A program made the translations under genes and the position numbers. Below, in pieces: positions 36,617 to 45,464 of a stretch of 64,000 nucleotides of DNA. The notes below the pieces were generated by a model, which was not told where the DNA came from, did not search any database, and was given only the letters and a program-made list of their open reading frames with translations. The first letter of the stretch is position 1. The number at the start of each line of letters is the position of its first letter. The DNA lies in contig CBDFJQ010000002.1 in the NCBI GenBank assembly GCA_965248575.1, forward strand, positions 3,872,001 to 3,936,000, in the 5' to 3' direction. Origin of the DNA: Planctomycetota bacterium. GTDB taxonomy: Bacteria > Planctomycetota > B15-G4.

Positions 36617-36999
36617 CCGATTCATCCTCAGCGCCGTGGCAGCACTGGGCTGTGTTGGGCCTGCGCATTCTACTGGCAGCTTTCTTCGTGTTTGTCGCCG
36701 TGCGCAACCTGAAGGGCGACGAGGCCATGGCCGCGGACTTCGAGCGCTGGGGCTACGCCGGTTGGTTCCGTCAGCTCACCGCCTGGCTGCAGATTGCTGG
36801 CGCCGTGGCGCTGCTGCTGCCGGTGTCGGGCGCCCCCTTCGCAGGGGGGATGCTCCTGGCCTGCATCCTCGTGGGAGCCACCGTGACGCATGTGCGCTTC
36901 GATCCACCGACAGCGGCCCTGTCACCCCTGCTGTTCCTGGCTCTGGTGAGCGTGATTCTCGTTGCCTGCCGGCCCGGCCGAGAGGCGCTGAGCAGCTAG
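36613..36999 (+). CDS. DoxX family membrane protein
   Basis: LRILLA.FF, F.RWGY..WF..L...LQIAGA and GA..TH; four TM segments; ATGA overlap. Confidence 0.8.
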   Translation: MTDSSSAPWQHWAVLGLRILLAAFFVFVAVRNLKGDEAMAADFERWGYAGWFRQLTAWLQIAGAVALLLPVSGAPFAGGMLLACILVGATVTHVRFDPPTAALSPLLFLALVSVILVACRPGREALSS

Positions 37000-39068
37000 C
37001 GCTTGCCGTTCATCCACTGGGCCCACCAGTCGAGGTACTGGTGCAGGCGGTGTAGCCGCATGTCGGGCGGTCCGGCTCGGGACATGCCGTGGCTCGTGTT
37101 GCGCGGGTAGCGTACGAAGCGGGTGGGCACGCCGTTCATCGAGAGCGCTGAGTAGGCCTGTTCGCTTTCAGCCACGTTGCAGCGCAGGTCACCCTCGCTG
37201 TGGACGATCAGCGTCGGTGTGCGGGCGTTGCCCAGGTGCTTGAGGGGGCTCATGTCCCAGAGCGCCTTGGTTTCGTCCCACGCGTTGCCTGGCAGATAGC
37301 TGTCGGGCCAGATGTAGACGTCGCTGGCGCCCCACATGCTCACCATGTTGGACACGCAGCGGTCGGAGATGGCAGCGCGGAACATGCGCGTGTGGCCGAT
37401 GGCCCAGAGCGTCATGAAGCCGCCGAAGCTGCCGCCCGAGATGCCCATGCGTTTCACGTCGCAGAAGGGCTTGGTGGCCATGTCCTTGGCGACCGCCTCG
37501 ACGTCGTCCCAGTCCTTGGTGCCCCAGGCGTGGGTGTTGCCGTCCGTGAACGCCTTCCCGTAGCCCTTGCTGCCTCGGGGGTTGCTGAAGACCACGGCAT
37601 GACCGGCGGCGGCCATCACCTGGAACTCGTGGAAAAAGGCCCAACCGTATTGTGCGTGAGGGCCGCCGTGTACCTGGAGCAGCGTGGGCCGCTTGCGGGT
37701 CTTGCTCGCGCCTGGCGGGAGCATGGTCCAGACCTGGACCCGGGTGCCGTCCTTCGACTTGATCCAATGCGAGCTGGGCTTGCTCAGGTTGAGAGTCGCC
37801 AAGAAGGGTGCGTTCAGGTCGCAGAGCTTGCGCAGGGTGAGCGTCGCGCCCTTTTCGAGCAGGGTGTTCGCGGGCACTTCGGCGACGTGCACCTCGCCGA
37901 GATGCGTGGCGTCACCACGCACGAGGGTCAGCCGGGATCCCTTGGCAGACAGGTTGCCCAGGTTGTTCTGTGTGTGGCCCGTGGTGTGGAAGCGCAGGGC
38001 GCCGCCCCTGGCTGAGACGCTGGCGATGTGGGTTTCGCCGTGCCAACCGATCTGTACGAAGAGCCGCTTTCCGTCGGGAGCCCAGCAATAGGTCGATGCG
38101 AAGGCGACCTCGGAGCTGTCGCTGATGTTCGCGGCCAGCAGGCAGTAGTCCTCGCGGCCCGTGATGTTCTTGGCCGTGCCCTTGCTCAGGTCGGCGACCC
38201 ACAGGTCGGTGTTGTCGCCGGGGTTCTTGCCGTCCTTGTCGGAGCAGTCGAACGCCAGGCGCTTGCCGTCTGGTGACCATTGGAAGTTGCTCTTCGAGCC
38301 ACCCGGCATGCCTCGCACGGGCTTGAGCTTCCCGTTGCTTACCTGGAGGCGCATGACCTCCGAGGTCCAGGGCTTGGCGTAGAAGTGCTTGTCGCGCGAC
38401 AGGCAGAGAGCGACCTCCCTGCCATTGGGCGAGATGTCGAAGCTGAAGATGCCCAGCTTGTCCTTGGTGTAGAGCGGGCGGTGCGCGCCCGTCTCTGCAT
38501 CCACGGCATAGAGGTGGAAGCGCTGGCCATTGAAGTAGCCGTCGCCGTCGTAGCGGTACCATGGATCATCGAGCACGCGCGGCGGGTCGCACGCGCCGCT
38601 CTTCTTGCGAGCCTCGCACGCAGCTTCAGTCCAGTCCGGGTCTTGTTCGCGGAAGCTCACGGCGAGCCAGCGACCGTCCGGCGACCACTTGTAGCCACCG
38701 AGAGTGCCTTCCGGGAAGCTGGTCAGCACTCGCGCCTCTCCACCTTGAGGATCGATGAGTGCGAGCTGCGGCTGGCCCTTGCTGCGATGGCTGACGAACG
38801 CGATGCGGGAACCGTCGGGCGCCCACTCGGGGGCGCTGTCCTTGTCGCCGTGGGTGAAGCGAGCGGCGGGGGCGTCGGGGCCTGCGAGCCAGAGGTTCGT
38901 GAGGTACTCGTTCTTCTCGCCGAAGGTCTTGACGGTGAAGACGGTCGTCTCGCCATCAGGAGAGAGTCGGGGGCCGCCCACGAGCTTGAGGCTGAGCAGA
39001 TCCTCTGCTGTCATGAGCCGCTTCTTGGCGGGCTTGCGCCTGGTGTTCTGGCGCTTGGTGGTTGGCAT
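36996..39068 (-). CDS. S9 family peptidase (acylaminoacyl/dipeptidyl peptidase-like), probably cytoplasmic
   Basis: WSPDG propeller repeats; HGGPH, NPRGS.GYG, GGSFGG, HSEGDLRC and SHGMSR; no signal peptide. Confidence 0.92.
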   Translation of the reverse strand: MPTTKRQNTRRKPAKKRLMTAEDLLSLKLVGGPRLSPDGETTVFTVKTFGEKNEYLTNLWLAGPDAPAARFTHGDKDSAPEWAPDGSRIAFVSHRSKGQPQLALIDPQGGEARVLTSFPEGTLGGYKWSPDGRWLAVSFREQDPDWTEAACEARKKSGACDPPRVLDDPWYRYDGDGYFNGQRFHLYAVDAETGAHRPLYTKDKLGIFSFDISPNGREVALCLSRDKHFYAKPWTSEVMRLQVSNGKLKPVRGMPGGSKSNFQWSPDGKRLAFDCSDKDGKNPGDNTDLWVADLSKGTAKNITGREDYCLLAANISDSSEVAFASTYCWAPDGKRLFVQIGWHGETHIASVSARGGALRFHTTGHTQNNLGNLSAKGSRLTLVRGDATHLGEVHVAEVPANTLLEKGATLTLRKLCDLNAPFLATLNLSKPSSHWIKSKDGTRVQVWTMLPPGASKTRKRPTLLQVHGGPHAQYGWAFFHEFQVMAAAGHAVVFSNPRGSKGYGKAFTDGNTHAWGTKDWDDVEAVAKDMATKPFCDVKRMGISGGSFGGFMTLWAIGHTRMFRAAISDRCVSNMVSMWGASDVYIWPDSYLPGNAWDETKALWDMSPLKHLGNARTPTLIVHSEGDLRCNVAESEQAYSALSMNGVPTRFVRYPRNTSHGMSRAGPPDMRLHRLHQYLDWWAQWMNGKR

Positions 39069-39275
39069 GGCGTCCACTCCCGGTCGGCGAGTCGCGCCCA
39101 CCGTCCGCGAGTGTTCCACGGACCGTCAAGGAGTGGGCTGCGCAAACGCAGGACCCTACCATTCAAGCCTCAGGGACTCGTTCGCCCAGGAAGGGCGAAA
39201 GCTTGGCGTTGCGTGAACCGGGGCGTGAACCGGGGCAGGGACAGACGGCCGAGGCCGAGTGCCGGGGGACGACGG

Positions 39276-41912
39276 TCAGGGAATGACAGTCAGCGAATCG
39301 GGTACCGAGAGAAACGGCCCTGCACCCCAGGTTCCGTCGGGTGCCTCGCTGGCCGCTTGGAACCAGACGGTCAAGCCAATCAGGCCGGGGTCGTTCGGCA
39401 CCGCGAGGTTCCACGTGCCTTCACCCTGGGCGTCCAGAAAACGGATGCCGAGGAAGAACAAGGGTAGCGGCAGGTTCAGCTCGCCCAAGGTCGTCACCAG
39501 ACTCGCCTGGTAGAAGCCGTACGCAACCGTGTTGGGCAGGCCGAACACGTCCAGGTCGAAGGCTTGCCCGGGGCTTGCCGCATTGATGGAGAAGCTCGAG
39601 AGCACGCGCAGGCGACGAGCCGCGTCGAAGACCTGGACCTTGCCCGATCCGTAGATGTTGTCCTTGCCGGGTGCCCCGAGATCCACGGCGCTGAGTTCCA
39701 GGGCGGCGGCGATGTGCCGCGGCTGGGCATTGGGCTGCACATTGCGCAGCAGGGCCATGGCGCCACCGAGCTGTGGTGTCGCCGCAGAGGTGCCGCTGAA
39801 CAGCGTGTAGCCGCTGCCGAGGTTGGTGGTCATGACGCTGTTGGTGTAGGTCATGACGTCCGGCTTGATGAGGCCGGGGAGATTCCCGCCGAAGCCGCCC
39901 ACGGGGTAATCCCAGGCGGCGGGGTCTTGTGTGTGCGGATACGTCGGGTCGTAGAGGGTGATGTCCTCCCAGGCTGAAGGGCCGCGACCCGAGGGGTTGT
40001 AGTGGGTGTCGTCCGGCAGCTCGATGCCTCCGCAGGCCATGATGCTGCTGCGGCCGCCGCCCAGCCCATCAGGATGTGCGAAGGGTGTGGGGCAGTTGCC
40101 GGGTGTGGAGATGTTGAAAGGGATGGGGTGCGTTGCCAGCAGCACGCCCTGGTTGCCGATGGAGTTGGCGTGAATGATGCCGGCGGCGAGCTCGACATCG
40201 CAGAGCTGCCGGAACATGTGGTAATCGGGGCCGTCGGGCCACTTGTAGCTGTAGCTGCTGCTGATGACGTCCACGCCCTGGTCCAGCATGTACTGCTGGG
40301 CCTGCCAGTATTGGGATTCTGTCGAGACCTCGCAGATGGCGAAGCTTGCCTCGGGGGCCATGCCGGTGATGCGGCCGTCGGAACCATCGCCCACCATCAG
40401 GCCGGCGGTGTGGGTCCCGTGCGGGTCGGTGGAGGTGACGTTTGCTCCGCCGAACTCGAAGTCCCAGCCGTGGATGTCGTCCACGAAACCGTTGCCATCA
40501 TCGTCGACACTGTTGCTGGGGATCTCGCCCGGGTTGGTCCAGACGCGGTTGATGAGGTCGGGGTGTTGCCAGTCGGAGCCTGAATCGATGTTCCCGATCA
40601 GGACGCCGGCGCCGCGGAAGCCCATCTCCCAGAGGTCGGGGGCCTGGAGCGCGATGAGGTGCGGTTCCACTTCCGGCGGCGGCTTCACGCCCACGCCGGG
40701 GGCGATCTCGATGTCGTCGAAGCCGAAGCCGTCGGACGGGATGTCGAAGTTGTCGCGCCACTGGAAGCGCACCCGGAAGTTGCTGGTGAAACCGATTCCG
40801 AAGCCCGCGAGCAAGGGATCGAGAGTCACGTACTTCCAGACGTATTCGCGGTCAGCGTTCTGCAGCGAGATGACCTCGTGCCAGGTGACGCCGTCGGTGC
40901 TGACGAAGACCCCGTCCTCCGGGTGGTTCTCGTCGCCGAACTCCTTGTGCCGGAAGCGGATGCCCACGTCGGTCTGGCCAGCGAGGTCCAGCTCGACGGT
41001 GAGACTGGCGGTGGAGTCCAAGGAGTTCGTGCTCGTCGCCATGACCACGTGCCATGCGCCGACGGGCTCCTCGTCCGTGGTCACGAGGGCGTAGCCGCCG
41101 CCGGTGGTCTCCACGGTCCAATGTCCTTCAAGGGTTCCGGACTCGAAGTCATCCATGAAGGGGTAGAGGCCTGTGCCTGGCTTGGGCGCCATGGGGCCAT
41201 GCAAGATGGCTCGTGCTCCCTTGGGCGCTTTGAGGGGGGGCGCGACTTGAGGGCCCGGAAGGGTGCTGGGCGGCAGGGCGTCCTGGGCGCGCTCCGCAGG
41301 TGTGTCAGGCAGCAGGCGGATGCGGTCGATCCCCGGGATTGCAGCCAACAGTTCCAGTACCGGGGGCCTGGCTTTGAGCAGGAGGGCGTTGCCCATCCAG
41401 AGCACGTCCAGAAGTTGGGCCTGACCAGCTTGTTCGGCGGCCTCGACCTGTGCGCGCACCTGCACCTGAGTTGCGGTGGCGTGGGCCTTCAGCTCCGCGC
41501 TGACGAGCCGGCGGCGGGTGCGGTTGCCGGCAGCACCCTTGAGGGCGCTCGCCCCTGCGCCGGTCTTGTCTCCGACCGCGACCTCTTCAGCCAGCGCTTT
41601 CATCTGCTGGGCGACCCGCTGTTGGAGCTCTTGTCCGGGGATCTGATCCGCCATGACGACGTAGACGCCGAGCATCTCGCCCGGCTCGATCTGATCCATC
41701 GCCTGCCTCAGTTCGGCAGCGAGCACCTGACGTCGCGGCTGCAGGCTGAGCAGCGTGGGGTCGCTGGGAGTGGCCAGCGCCGGTGTGTTCTGTGCGGCCA
41801 CTGCGGCGCTTGCGGCATTCGGGGCAAGCACCACAACCAGGCCCAACGCCAACGCCAGCGCGCAGCGACGCAACGGGGAGCCGGTGCCGGACAGACGGCT
41901 GGGAGGAGTCAT
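39276..41912 (-). CDS. Secreted S8 subtilisin-like serine peptidase with beta-sandwich insert and C-terminal domain
   Basis: Signal and propeptide; catalytic triad IDSG, HGTHTAG and SGTSAATP; DDDGNGFVDDIHGWDF. Confidence 0.9.
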   Translation of the reverse strand: MTPPSRLSGTGSPLRRCALALALGLVVVLAPNAASAAVAAQNTPALATPSDPTLLSLQPRRQVLAAELRQAMDQIEPGEMLGVYVVMADQIPGQELQQRVAQQMKALAEEVAVGDKTGAGASALKGAAGNRTRRRLVSAELKAHATATQVQVRAQVEAAEQAGQAQLLDVLWMGNALLLKARPPVLELLAAIPGIDRIRLLPDTPAERAQDALPPSTLPGPQVAPPLKAPKGARAILHGPMAPKPGTGLYPFMDDFESGTLEGHWTVETTGGGYALVTTDEEPVGAWHVVMATSTNSLDSTASLTVELDLAGQTDVGIRFRHKEFGDENHPEDGVFVSTDGVTWHEVISLQNADREYVWKYVTLDPLLAGFGIGFTSNFRVRFQWRDNFDIPSDGFGFDDIEIAPGVGVKPPPEVEPHLIALQAPDLWEMGFRGAGVLIGNIDSGSDWQHPDLINRVWTNPGEIPSNSVDDDGNGFVDDIHGWDFEFGGANVTSTDPHGTHTAGLMVGDGSDGRITGMAPEASFAICEVSTESQYWQAQQYMLDQGVDVISSSYSYKWPDGPDYHMFRQLCDVELAAGIIHANSIGNQGVLLATHPIPFNISTPGNCPTPFAHPDGLGGGRSSIMACGGIELPDDTHYNPSGRGPSAWEDITLYDPTYPHTQDPAAWDYPVGGFGGNLPGLIKPDVMTYTNSVMTTNLGSGYTLFSGTSAATPQLGGAMALLRNVQPNAQPRHIAAALELSAVDLGAPGKDNIYGSGKVQVFDAARRLRVLSSFSINAASPGQAFDLDVFGLPNTVAYGFYQASLVTTLGELNLPLPLFFLGIRFLDAQGEGTWNLAVPNDPGLIGLTVWFQAASEAPDGTWGAGPFLSVPDSLTVIP

Positions 41913-42035
41913 GGTGAGTTGTTCGCAGAGTGCAGCGGGACGGATGCGGGCCGTGTCCGCGGCAGGTCGGGTTGCGCGTGTGCGAGAGGCACTCGCGCAC
42001 GCGCGCGTTGGAGGAGAGTTGATCGTCTCATTGAC

Positions 42036-42070
42036 AATAAAAAGGCCCGGGATTCGCGAGATCCCGGGCC
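42036..42070 (-). terminator. Intrinsic terminator
   Basis: 10-bp stem GGCCCGGGAT/ATCCCGGGCC followed by TTTTTATT on the minus strand. Confidence 0.8.
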
Positions 42071-42073
42071 TCA

Positions 42074-42247
42074 GGGGGGCCTCCGCCCCTCAAGGGTGTG
42101 CTCAGCGATCGATAGTCGGACCGGATGAGCACCGCCTGAACTCCAGGAGTTTACACCTGCATCGTCAGGCCGGGGGGCGCAGCCACAACATTCTTCGCGC
42201 CTCCTAGCGTCATCGGGAGCAGCCGGCAATTCGAACGGAGCCTCTCC
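42074..42247. ncRNA. Candidate structured RNA (family unassigned; 6S-sized)
   Basis: Ends are complementary (GGGGGGCCTCCG / CGGAGCCTCTCC); internal stems GTGCTCA/TGAGCAC, GCCTGA/TCAGGC and GGGGGCGC/GCGCCTCC; no credible ORF; adjacent to a terminator. Confidence 0.3.
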
Positions 42248-42341
42248 GCTGTCGCGCGGCCTTGAACAGAAATTCGCACGGGGCGAATGAAGCCCGTGTT
42301 TCAAGGGGATCAGGCGGGGCCCATTCGGGCCACGCCCCTGT

Positions 42342-42728
42342 TTATCCCAGGATGTCGAGCAGCGTCTCTTTGAAGCTGTCCGGATTCATGGCGCCGTGAG
42401 AACCCCAGAGAAACGCGCCCTGGGAGTCCGTGACGAGCACGAAGGGCAGCATCATGCCGTCGGCGAGGTGTTCGGAAATCAGATCGATGACGGCGGGCTC
42501 GGGCGCGTCACAATCGGAGGCGAGGCCCACGAAATGGGGCTTCAGCAGCTCTGCGATGGCTGGTTGGGGGATGACACCCTGCACGAGGGTGCGGCACTGA
42601 CCTCAGAGTTCGCGGCCAAACTCGATCAGGATCTTCTTGTCGCCGGCTTGGGCGGCGGCGAGGGCGTCGGACCAGCGCACATGCCAGTCCAAGGTGCCGC
42701 CGTCGTCGAAGTGCGGGTGGACAGTCAT
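42342..42728 (-). CDS. Putative selenoprotein: thioredoxin-fold protein with UxxC motif (Sec at codon 42, TGA 42605-42603)
   Basis: Two ORF-track fragments are in the same frame and join through TGA: KILIEFGREL-U-GQCRTLVQGVIP. A cis-Pro-type motif LPFVLVTD follows, and GGAG precedes the ATG. Length 128 aa. Confidence 0.82.
42575..42591 (-). promoter_or_regulatory. Putative bacterial SECIS element
   Basis: 17-nt hairpin CACCCU-CGUGC-AGGGUG that starts after an 11-nt spacer 3' of the UGA; the loop contains GU. Confidence 0.7.
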
Positions 42729-42924
42729 CGAGGAACTCCAGGGGGAGTGCCCGATCTCACTCGGTCTTCGAAAGGCTTTCAAGCGCTGCTTCAATCGGTC
42801 TGAGCAGCGTCCTAGACTAGCTCCGACATGCAGCCTGCAAGCCGGCCTGTAGTGAAGGCTTCGGCAGCGGCTGCGAAGAGGCCGCGTTCATGCTCGGCAT
42901 GGGGCGCGCTACGAGGTTCGCACC

Positions 42925-44031
42925 ATGCTCATCACCGCTCTGCTCACACCCTTTCAGCGCGCTGGCCAGACTCTGGACCGGGCTCCGGGCGGGGCGTTGG
43001 ATCTACCGCTGCTCCAGCGGCTCATCCGCTTCCAGCTGGATGCCGGTGTGGATCGGGTCCTGCTCGGCGGCACGACGGGCGAAGGCGGTGCGTTGGGCGA
43101 GGCTGAGCGGCGCGAGATGCTGGCCGCTGCCCTCGATGTGGCTACCCCTGACCAGCTGATGCTGGGGCTTGCGGCAGGTCGGCTGGAAGATGTCATTGCC
43201 CGGGGACGCGACGCACTGTCAATGGGTGTGCGTCACCTGTTGTTGGTGGACTGCCCCTACAGTGGCGCTTCGAGTGCTGCTTTACGGACCGCATGGCACG
43301 GTCCTGCTGCGGAGGCCTTGCGGGACGCCTTGCTCTACCCATACGCCGTCCCGGGGCGGACTGGCACCGAGCTTCTTCCCGATGACCTGGCGGCGCTCGC
43401 AGAGAACCACCCGAACGTGGTGGGTGTGAAGGATGCGACGGGGCGCCTCGCACGCATGCTGCGAGTGCGCGAGCTGTGTGGCGACGACTTCGAGCTCTTG
43501 TGTGGCGACGATCCCCAGGCGCGGGACTCTCTGCTGGACCCCAACATCCGGGCCCACGGGGTGTGCAGCGTCGTCTCCAACCTGGCGCCGGCCGCCATGC
43601 GTGCCTTAGTGGACCATGCACGGGCGGGTGAGGCCGTGGACGCGAGACGCGTGCACGATGATCTGGAAGCGCTCTTCGACCTGATCAGCGTTACGGCCGT
43701 GGAGACGGTGACCGTCCGCGGCGTGCCCCTGTCGGTGCCTCAGCGCGCCCGCAATCCGGTGCCCTTGAAGGAGGCTTGCCATCAGCTTGGCCTCGACGTG
43801 GGCGTGTGCCGCGGGCCGCTCGACGAGCTGGGCCCGCGCGGTCGGACCCAGGTCGCCAACGTGATCACCAAGCTGGAGCGCCGGGCAGGGCCCGGTGCCT
43901 TGGACGGGCTGCGTCAGTTGGTCGCCAGCTTCGAGCTTGGCCAGCCGGAGTGCGCGGGGGACGCGCAGCTGTTGGACGCGACCCAGCAGATGGAGAAGCC
44001 CTCCCGGGAGCTGGCAGGCGGTCCCCGATGA
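42925..44031 (+). CDS. dapA: Dihydrodipicolinate synthase family protein (DapA-like, divergent)
   Basis: GTTGE, YAVPGRTG, Schiff-base lysine in GVKDATG, CGDD and SVVSN; operonic with aspartate kinase and asd. Confidence 0.75.
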   Translation: MLITALLTPFQRAGQTLDRAPGGALDLPLLQRLIRFQLDAGVDRVLLGGTTGEGGALGEAERREMLAAALDVATPDQLMLGLAAGRLEDVIARGRDALSMGVRHLLLVDCPYSGASSAALRTAWHGPAAEALRDALLYPYAVPGRTGTELLPDDLAALAENHPNVVGVKDATGRLARMLRVRELCGDDFELLCGDDPQARDSLLDPNIRAHGVCSVVSNLAPAAMRALVDHARAGEAVDARRVHDDLEALFDLISVTAVETVTVRGVPLSVPQRARNPVPLKEACHQLGLDVGVCRGPLDELGPRGRTQVANVITKLERRAGPGALDGLRQLVASFELGQPECAGDAQLLDATQQMEKPSRELAGGPR

Positions 44032-45464
44032 GCCTGACGGTCGTGAAGGTGGGAGGTGCCCTGCTGGATGGGCCAGCCGACCTCGATGCCGTGGTCGAGG
44101 CCCTGATCAGCCGGCGTCGTCGAGGCGAGCGGATCCTGGTGGTGGTGTCCGCCTTGAAGGGGGTCACCGACACCCTGGAATCTGCAGCGGTGGACGCGCT
44201 GGATCCACGTTCGGGGGCCGAGATGACCCGAGCCCTGGTGCAGGGCCTGCACCGCCGGCACGAACGGCTGGTCCGGGGGCGGCCTGGCGCCGAGGGTGTC
44301 TTGCTCGGCCTGCGCGTGGCGCTCGATGGCGTGGAGCGTTTGCTGACCGGCATCCGATTGACGGGCGAACTCACCGAACGCACTCACGATCTCCTGCTCG
44401 CCCACGGTGAACGTCTGAGTGCACCCTTGTTGTCGGAGGCGTTGCGCGTCGGCGGGGTGGACGCGCGCGCTGTGACGGCCGAAGAAGCTGGCCTCGTGGC
44501 ACGCGGCCCCTTTCGGGTGGGCGGTTGCGACGTGGAGGCGAGCCGCGAGGGCCTACAGGGTCTGTCGCATGAACTGCACGACCGCGTCATCGTGTTGACC
44601 GGCTTCTACGGAGTGAACGGAAACGGCGACGTGGTGCTCTTCGGGCGGGGCGGAACGGACTACACCGCTGGGGTGGTCGCCGCGGGCATTGACGCGGACG
44701 CCCTCGAACTCTGGAAGGACGTGCCCGGTTTCATGAGCGCCGACCCGCGGGCCGTTCCCGCTGCGCGCCTCGTGCCCGAGCTCTCATTCGCCGAAGCCTG
44801 CGAGCTGGGTTACTACGGCGCCCGGATCCTGCACCCGCGCTGCCTCGAACCCTTGCGCGGAGGGAAGCAAAAGATCAGCTTCCGCTCGGTGCGTGATGTG
44901 GACGCCGTGGGAACGCGCGTGGTCGAACGACGGGGCGGGAAGCAGCCGGCCGTTGCAGCATTGGCGCACCGCTCCGGCGTGGCGGTGGTTCGGGTCGAAG
45001 GCTCTGCCATGGTGAACCAGCCCGGCATCGCGGGCCGGATCTTCAGCGCATTGGGCGACGCCGGTGTCAATGTCGACGCCGTGGCCAGCTCCATGACGTC
45101 CCTCTCCTTCACGGTCGACGACAGTGCGGTCTCGCTGGTACGGCGCTGTTTGCGGCTGCTGCAAGCGGAGCAGGACGACATCATCGAGCGGCTGGATGTG
45201 CACCGGGATGTCGTCCTGATGGGTGTCGTGGGGGATGGGGTGGCGTCGGACCCGACCGTGGCAGCGCGCATGTTGGCCTGTCTCGAACAGCTAGGTGAGC
45301 CCATCGAGCTCATTTCCCATGGACCTGGCGATGTGGGCCTGAGTTGCGCGGTTCCGGCTGCCCTGGATCGCCAGGCCCTCGAGATGCTGCACGCGGAGTT
45401 CTTCGAAGAGGGAGTCGGAGAGCCTGAGCGCGTCGGGTTCCGAGGCGGCGACGGTCGCGCATGA
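44028..45464 (+). CDS. lysC: Aspartate kinase with two ACT domains
   Basis: VVKVGG, VVVSALKGVTD, GERLS, FGRGGTDYTA, WKDVPGFMSADP and GARILHP; ATGA overlap. Confidence 0.88.
   Translation: MSLTVVKVGGALLDGPADLDAVVEALISRRRRGERILVVVSALKGVTDTLESAAVDALDPRSGAEMTRALVQGLHRRHERLVRGRPGAEGVLLGLRVALDGVERLLTGIRLTGELTERTHDLLLAHGERLSAPLLSEALRVGGVDARAVTAEEAGLVARGPFRVGGCDVEASREGLQGLSHELHDRVIVLTGFYGVNGNGDVVLFGRGGTDYTAGVVAAGIDADALELWKDVPGFMSADPRAVPAARLVPELSFAEACELGYYGARILHPRCLEPLRGGKQKISFRSVRDVDAVGTRVVERRGGKQPAVAALAHRSGVAVVRVEGSAMVNQPGIAGRIFSALGDAGVNVDAVASSMTSLSFTVDDSAVSLVRRCLRLLQAEQDDIIERLDVHRDVVLMGVVGDGVASDPTVAARMLACLEQLGEPIELISHGPGDVGLSCAVPAALDRQALEMLHAEFFEEGVGEPERVGFRGGDGRA

Noticed and set aside
42164..42184. 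GTCAGGCCGGGGGGCGCAGCC resembling the SRP RNA helix 8 motif
   Set aside because: It lacks the GNRA loop, is 2 nt short and has no convincing flanking SRP stem.
42342..42728. Reading the split thioredoxin-like gene as a pseudogene or as two genes
   Set aside because: The stop is TGA at the redox Cys position with a correctly spaced hairpin, so Sec recoding is more parsimonious, though unproven.
42730..42924. Possible lysine riboswitch upstream of dapA-lysC-asd
   Set aside because: The lysine riboswitch consensus blocks are not recognisable in this region.
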